64,000 nt of DNA, from positions 2,024 through 66,023 of the forward strand of contig CALVJT010000038.1 of assembly GCA_944332315.1 (NCBI GenBank), in the 5' to 3' direction. The translations under genes and the position numbers were made by a program. This DNA comes from an uncultured Clostridia bacterium (GTDB lineage: Bacteria; Bacillota; Clostridia; Christensenellales; UBA1242). The notes below the pieces were generated by a model, which saw nothing but the letters and a program-made list of their open reading frames with translations, ran no database searches and was not told the DNA's origin. Below, one piece after another: positions 59,424-64,000 of the stretch; within the stretch, counting starts at the first letter, position 1; each line of letters opens with the position of its first letter.

Positions 59424-59630
59424 TATATCTTTTGCAAAAGCAAAAACTTGATATTTGCAATTGAATATTTATGTTTATAAAGTATATAGCTAAATTATCA
59501 ATTTTTATAACATAAATGTGATAATAAAAACGAGTTTTTGTTAAAATAAATTCATTGTATGAATAAAACTTTTAGGGTTCTATAAATTTATCAACAAATA
59601 AACAAATTTATAATAAAAAATTTATTCAAT

Positions 59631-59682
59631 GGTAGACATCGATAGGTGTTAAACGAATTTAGACTATGGTGTCTGCCTTTTT
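59631..59682 (+). terminator. Long extended hairpin plus T-run 44 nt upstream of tgt (ruvB terminator or tgt attenuator)
   Basis: GGTAGACATC (59631-59640) pairs with GGTGTCTGCC (59668-59677) using two G-T pairs. Inner pairs ATAG/CTAT and TTAAA/ATTTAG extend the stem, and TTTTTA follows. Confidence 0.5.
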
Positions 59683-59716
59683 ATTTGATTTAATTGCACA
59701 AAAAATACATATATAA

Positions 59717-60862
<1,146 letters not shown>

Positions 60863-61120
60863 TATTTTTTTGGGATTTAGTCTTGAAAGATTTGTGTATT
60901 TATGATACAATAAAGCAAAAGGAATGACATACAACTAATATAAATACAAATTTTATAATTTAATGTTTTTACATATTTTTTGTTCTTTATAATATAGGTA
61001 ATTTTAAGCAAAAATAAGGGATAGATTAAGTACGTGCGAGTTAAACTTTGCTAATGAAAAAATCTTAGCAACGCTAACTTTGGTTAAATATATATTTGTA
61101 TTAGTTGTTGGGAGTGAACT

Positions 61121-61828
61121 ATGGAAACTTTTTCGGCAAATTGCGTGCTAAATTATGATAAGAAACAAGCTATATTGTTTAGTGAAGGAAACATATATTT
61201 ATACAAATTATTAGTTTATTGCTTAAAACACGATATCAAAACTAATGCGTGTTGCGCTGGGCACTATTTTAATACCTACAATGATTTTGTAGATTATTAT
61301 ATGTCTCGACCTTATAAAATTTCAAGAGAAAATTTTTGTCAATACAATAAAGATATTAAACATGTTGAGCCCTACATTGGTTTTTATATTGACCATAATA
61401 CACAAAATTTTATAAACTATCTTTTTGAAAGCCATCTATTAAACAATGAAAACATAATTATAAATGTCGGTTGTAATAGCGGTCATGTAACACATTCTCA
61501 TTTTATAAGTTTTCACTTAAAATTAAAAGAGGGTATTTCTAAACAAGAATTTGATACGCAAACAAAAGACTTTTTCTGCCAAGTACATAAGGCTGTAAAA
61601 GAATATAATAAAGATGTAACCTATACATCAAAAAAGAAAGAGTTAGATGATTTTATGCGAAACTCTTATGTTGAATATCAGTATACTTTTGAAAATAATA
61701 AGCTTATAAAAATAGTTCTATATACATGGGATAAAGAATTGCCTTTGAATAATCTAAAACGAGATGATAAAGATATTTTTGTTTTTTATCGCAACATTGC
61801 AAAGGCCGATTTGGAATCTATTTTGTAA
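61121..61828 (+). CDS. Hypothetical Cys/His-containing protein
   Basis: This 235-aa ORF has the RBS GGGAGTG. It contains NACCAGH and GCNSGHVTHSH segments, and I recognise no family. Confidence 0.5.
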   Translation: METFSANCVLNYDKKQAILFSEGNIYLYKLLVYCLKHDIKTNACCAGHYFNTYNDFVDYYMSRPYKISRENFCQYNKDIKHVEPYIGFYIDHNTQNFINYLFESHLLNNENIIINVGCNSGHVTHSHFISFHLKLKEGISKQEFDTQTKDFFCQVHKAVKEYNKDVTYTSKKKELDDFMRNSYVEYQYTFENNKLIKIVLYTWDKELPLNNLKRDDKDIFVFYRNIAKADLESIL

Positions 61829-61902
61829 TAAATAGGAACTTAATTTTGTGGCTTTGAAAATACTATAAGTAAAAAATATTAAACGAAAGGTGAGATAGTA
61901 AA

Positions 61903-62562
61903 ATGAAAGATAGCAAGTGGGTAAAAATTAAAAAAATATTAGAAACTAAAGAGTTGGAAAATGCTTATTTGAGTAGAAAGGCTAATGTTGATAAAGTATT
62001 ATATTTTGATATAGATAAGCTTTATTGGTATTTTACGCAAAACAAAAATGGTGTACCAAAGGCGTATTTGGCGGTAAAAAGAATTGCTGATGGACAAGAA
62101 CATTATTATGATGTGATAACAAATAAAACAGTGGATACATATAGTTTTAGTAAATTTGCTACATATAGTTTTAGTAGTAACATATATTCAGCAGGCAGTA
62201 CCTTTGTTTGTACATTTTTACAGCAAGAAATTTACTATAAAAGCCATCCTATTTTGATTACTGCTCGTGGTTTTTATGATAATAAAAACATTATAACAAA
62301 TGGAGTGCTATTTTCGCCTAATGGGCAATCTCATTGGTGCGGTAGGGTGTTTGATGATATTTGCGGGCCACAAATATATGGTGGAAATAATAATTTAGAA
62401 GGAATAGATAGTATTGTGCCCAATTTATTTATATCACAAAGTGCGTTAAAAAAATGCGTAGATAGTGCTAATATACATATAAAAAATTGTGCTAATAAAG
62501 TTAATAAATTAGATAAAAATAAAATAAACTCTAAAAATAAAGAGGAAGCCCTTGAACAATAA
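61903..62562 (+). CDS. Hypothetical protein
   Basis: This 219-aa ORF has the RBS AAAGGTGAG and a basic K/N-rich tail. I recognise no family. Confidence 0.5.
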   Translation: MKDSKWVKIKKILETKELENAYLSRKANVDKVLYFDIDKLYWYFTQNKNGVPKAYLAVKRIADGQEHYYDVITNKTVDTYSFSKFATYSFSSNIYSAGSTFVCTFLQQEIYYKSHPILITARGFYDNKNIITNGVLFSPNGQSHWCGRVFDDICGPQIYGGNNNLEGIDSIVPNLFISQSALKKCVDSANIHIKNCANKVNKLDKNKINSKNKEEALEQ

Positions 62563-62782
62563 ATTGCTAAGATTTTAAGCAAATTTGTAAAGAATAATAA
62601 TCTTTATTAAGTTTTTATTTTTTCAAAAAATTGATTTAATTACATATTTTGCTATAAAAAGCTAATCACATTTGATATTTTTTTGTGTAAATTTTTAGTA
62701 TATTATTGCATAAAAAGATACTACATAATAATATAGGTAGCACTATCCAAAAAATAAACTAAATAGAGTGGCATTACAAATA

Positions 62783-62820
62783 AAAAAACGTATATTAAAA
62801 TTTTTTAATATACGCTTTTT
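62783..62820 (-). terminator. Intrinsic terminator downstream of groEL
   Basis: CGTATATTAA pairs with TTAATATACG as inverted repeats flanked by A and T runs. On the minus strand the hairpin is followed by a T-run. Confidence 0.6.
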
Positions 62821-62858
62821 TACATAGTAGATAAAAGATATAATATTTATCTATAAAA

Positions 62859-64000
62859 TTAATACATATCTGCAGGGTTAGGGGTAGGCGCCTTTTCTGG
62901 TTCAGGTATTTCGGCAACCACAGCCTCGGTAGTAAGCAACGTGCTTGCCACACTGCTAGCGTTTTGAAGTGCCGAACGAGTTACTTTTGTTGGGTCGATA
63001 ATCCCTGCATTTATCATATCGACATACTCATTCTTAAGTGCATCAAAACCATAGTTAGGGTCAGTATTTTCTACTATTTTGTTCAAGATTACCCCACCAT
63101 CTAGCCCTGCATTTATAGCAATTTGGCGAACTGGTTCCTCAAGTGCTTTTGCTATTATATTAGCGCCTGTCTTTTCATCTCCGTCAAGTTTTTCAATAAA
63201 CTTTTGTAGTTTAGGTATAACTTTAGCAAGGGCAGTACCGCCACCAGCTACAATACCTTCCTCAACTGCTGCTTTGGTTGCAGCAAGCGCATCCTCAATT
63301 CTTAGTTTTTTCTCTTTCATTTCAACTTCGGTTGCAGCGCCAACATTTATAACTGCTACACCGCCAGCAAGTTTAGCAAGCCTTTCTTGCAGTTTTTCTT
63401 TATCGTATTCGCTTGTAGTGTTTTCAATTTGCGCTCTAATCGAAGCCACGCGCTTTGCGATATTTTCTTTAGCGCCAGCGCCTTGAACGATAGTTGTGTT
63501 ATCTTTAGTAACTTTAACTTGTTTTGCCGAACCAAGATTTGCTATGTGTGCATCTTTTAGTTCTAAGCCATATTCATCGCAAATCAATGTAGCATCAGTC
63601 AAAATTGCAATATCTTCAAGCATAGCTTTGCGCCTATCTCCAAAACCAGGGGCCTTAACAGCAACACAATTAAATGTCCCACGCAGTTTGTTAAGAATTA
63701 GTGTCGAAAGCGCTTCACCCTCAACATCCTCAGCAATAATAAGTAGGGGTCTGCCGCTCTTAACAACTTCCTCTAGTAGTGGAAGTATCTCTTGTATGTT
63801 TGTAATCTTTTTATCTGTTACAAGAATAAATGGTTCATCTAATTGAGCTTCCATTTTTTCCATATTGGTGGACATATAAGGCGAGCAGTAACCGCGGTCA
63901 AATTGCATACCCTCAACAATCTCTAGTTCAGTTTGCATGGTCTTGCTTTCCTCAACGGTAATAACGCCATCTTTGCCAACTTTTTCCATTGCTTCGCTAA
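62859..64000 (-). CDS. groL: Chaperonin GroEL, C-terminal two-thirds; the gene continues past the window end
   Basis: [16 protein letters not shown]...[22 protein letters not shown]...VAGGGTAL match GroEL apical and equatorial segments. The frame is open to position 64000. Confidence 0.95.
   Translation of the reverse strand, partial: SEAMEKVGKDGVITVEESKTMQTELEIVEGMQFDRGYCSPYMSTNMEKMEAQLDEPFILVTDKKITNIQEILPLLEEVVKSGRPLLIIAEDVEGEALSTLILNKLRGTFNCVAVKAPGFGDRRKAMLEDIAILTDATLICDEYGLELKDAHIANLGSAKQVKVTKDNTTIVQGAGAKENIAKRVASIRAQIENTTSEYDKEKLQERLAKLAGGVAVINVGAATEVEMKEKKLRIEDALAATKAAVEEGIVAGGGTALAKVIPKLQKFIEKLDGDEKTGANIIAKALEEPVRQIAINAGLDGGVILNKIVENTDPNYGFDALKNEYVDMINAGIIDPTKVTRSALQNASSVASTLLTTEAVVAEIPEPEKAPTPNPADMY

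Overview
The window is AT-rich chromosomal DNA using standard genetic code 11. It comes from an endospore-forming Firmicute, since spoIIID and spoIVB are both present. All calls are by eye from the sequence and ORF track; no homology search or folding program was run.

Most of the window is core housekeeping:
- the str operon rpsL-rpsG-fusA-tuf
- infC-rpmI-rplT behind an L20-type attenuator leader
- secD-secF, recJ and a HemN/HemZ-type radical SAM gene
- yebC-ruvC-(GNAT)-ruvA-ruvB, tgt, trpS, mscL, acpP
- an ABC-F ATPase
- an envelope-sugar operon (hexapeptide transferase, galU-like gene, GT4)
- a partial groEL

Accessory content:
- One 14.4 kb ORF (14258-28612) encodes a 4784-aa lipoprotein. 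It has Ig-like domains followed by six GLUG-type beta-helix modules.
- Two BspA-type leucine-rich-repeat paralogues without signal peptides (8681-11872 and 53172-55250) share an uncharacterised C-terminal module.
- Several orphan ORFs.
- A roughly 60-77 nt dispersed intergenic repeat in three copies.

The most unusual signal is a 2.4 kb ORF-free gap after tuf (33628-36029). About 1.3 kb of it (33676-35010) is a head-to-tail array of roughly 45-50 mini-hairpins with a period near 27 nt. Stem sequences differ between units but stay complementary, loop and linker are conserved, and the G-T pairs fit a plus-strand RNA. The first strong intrinsic terminator after tuf lies at 35200-35226. I do not recognise the array as any described RNA or repeat family.
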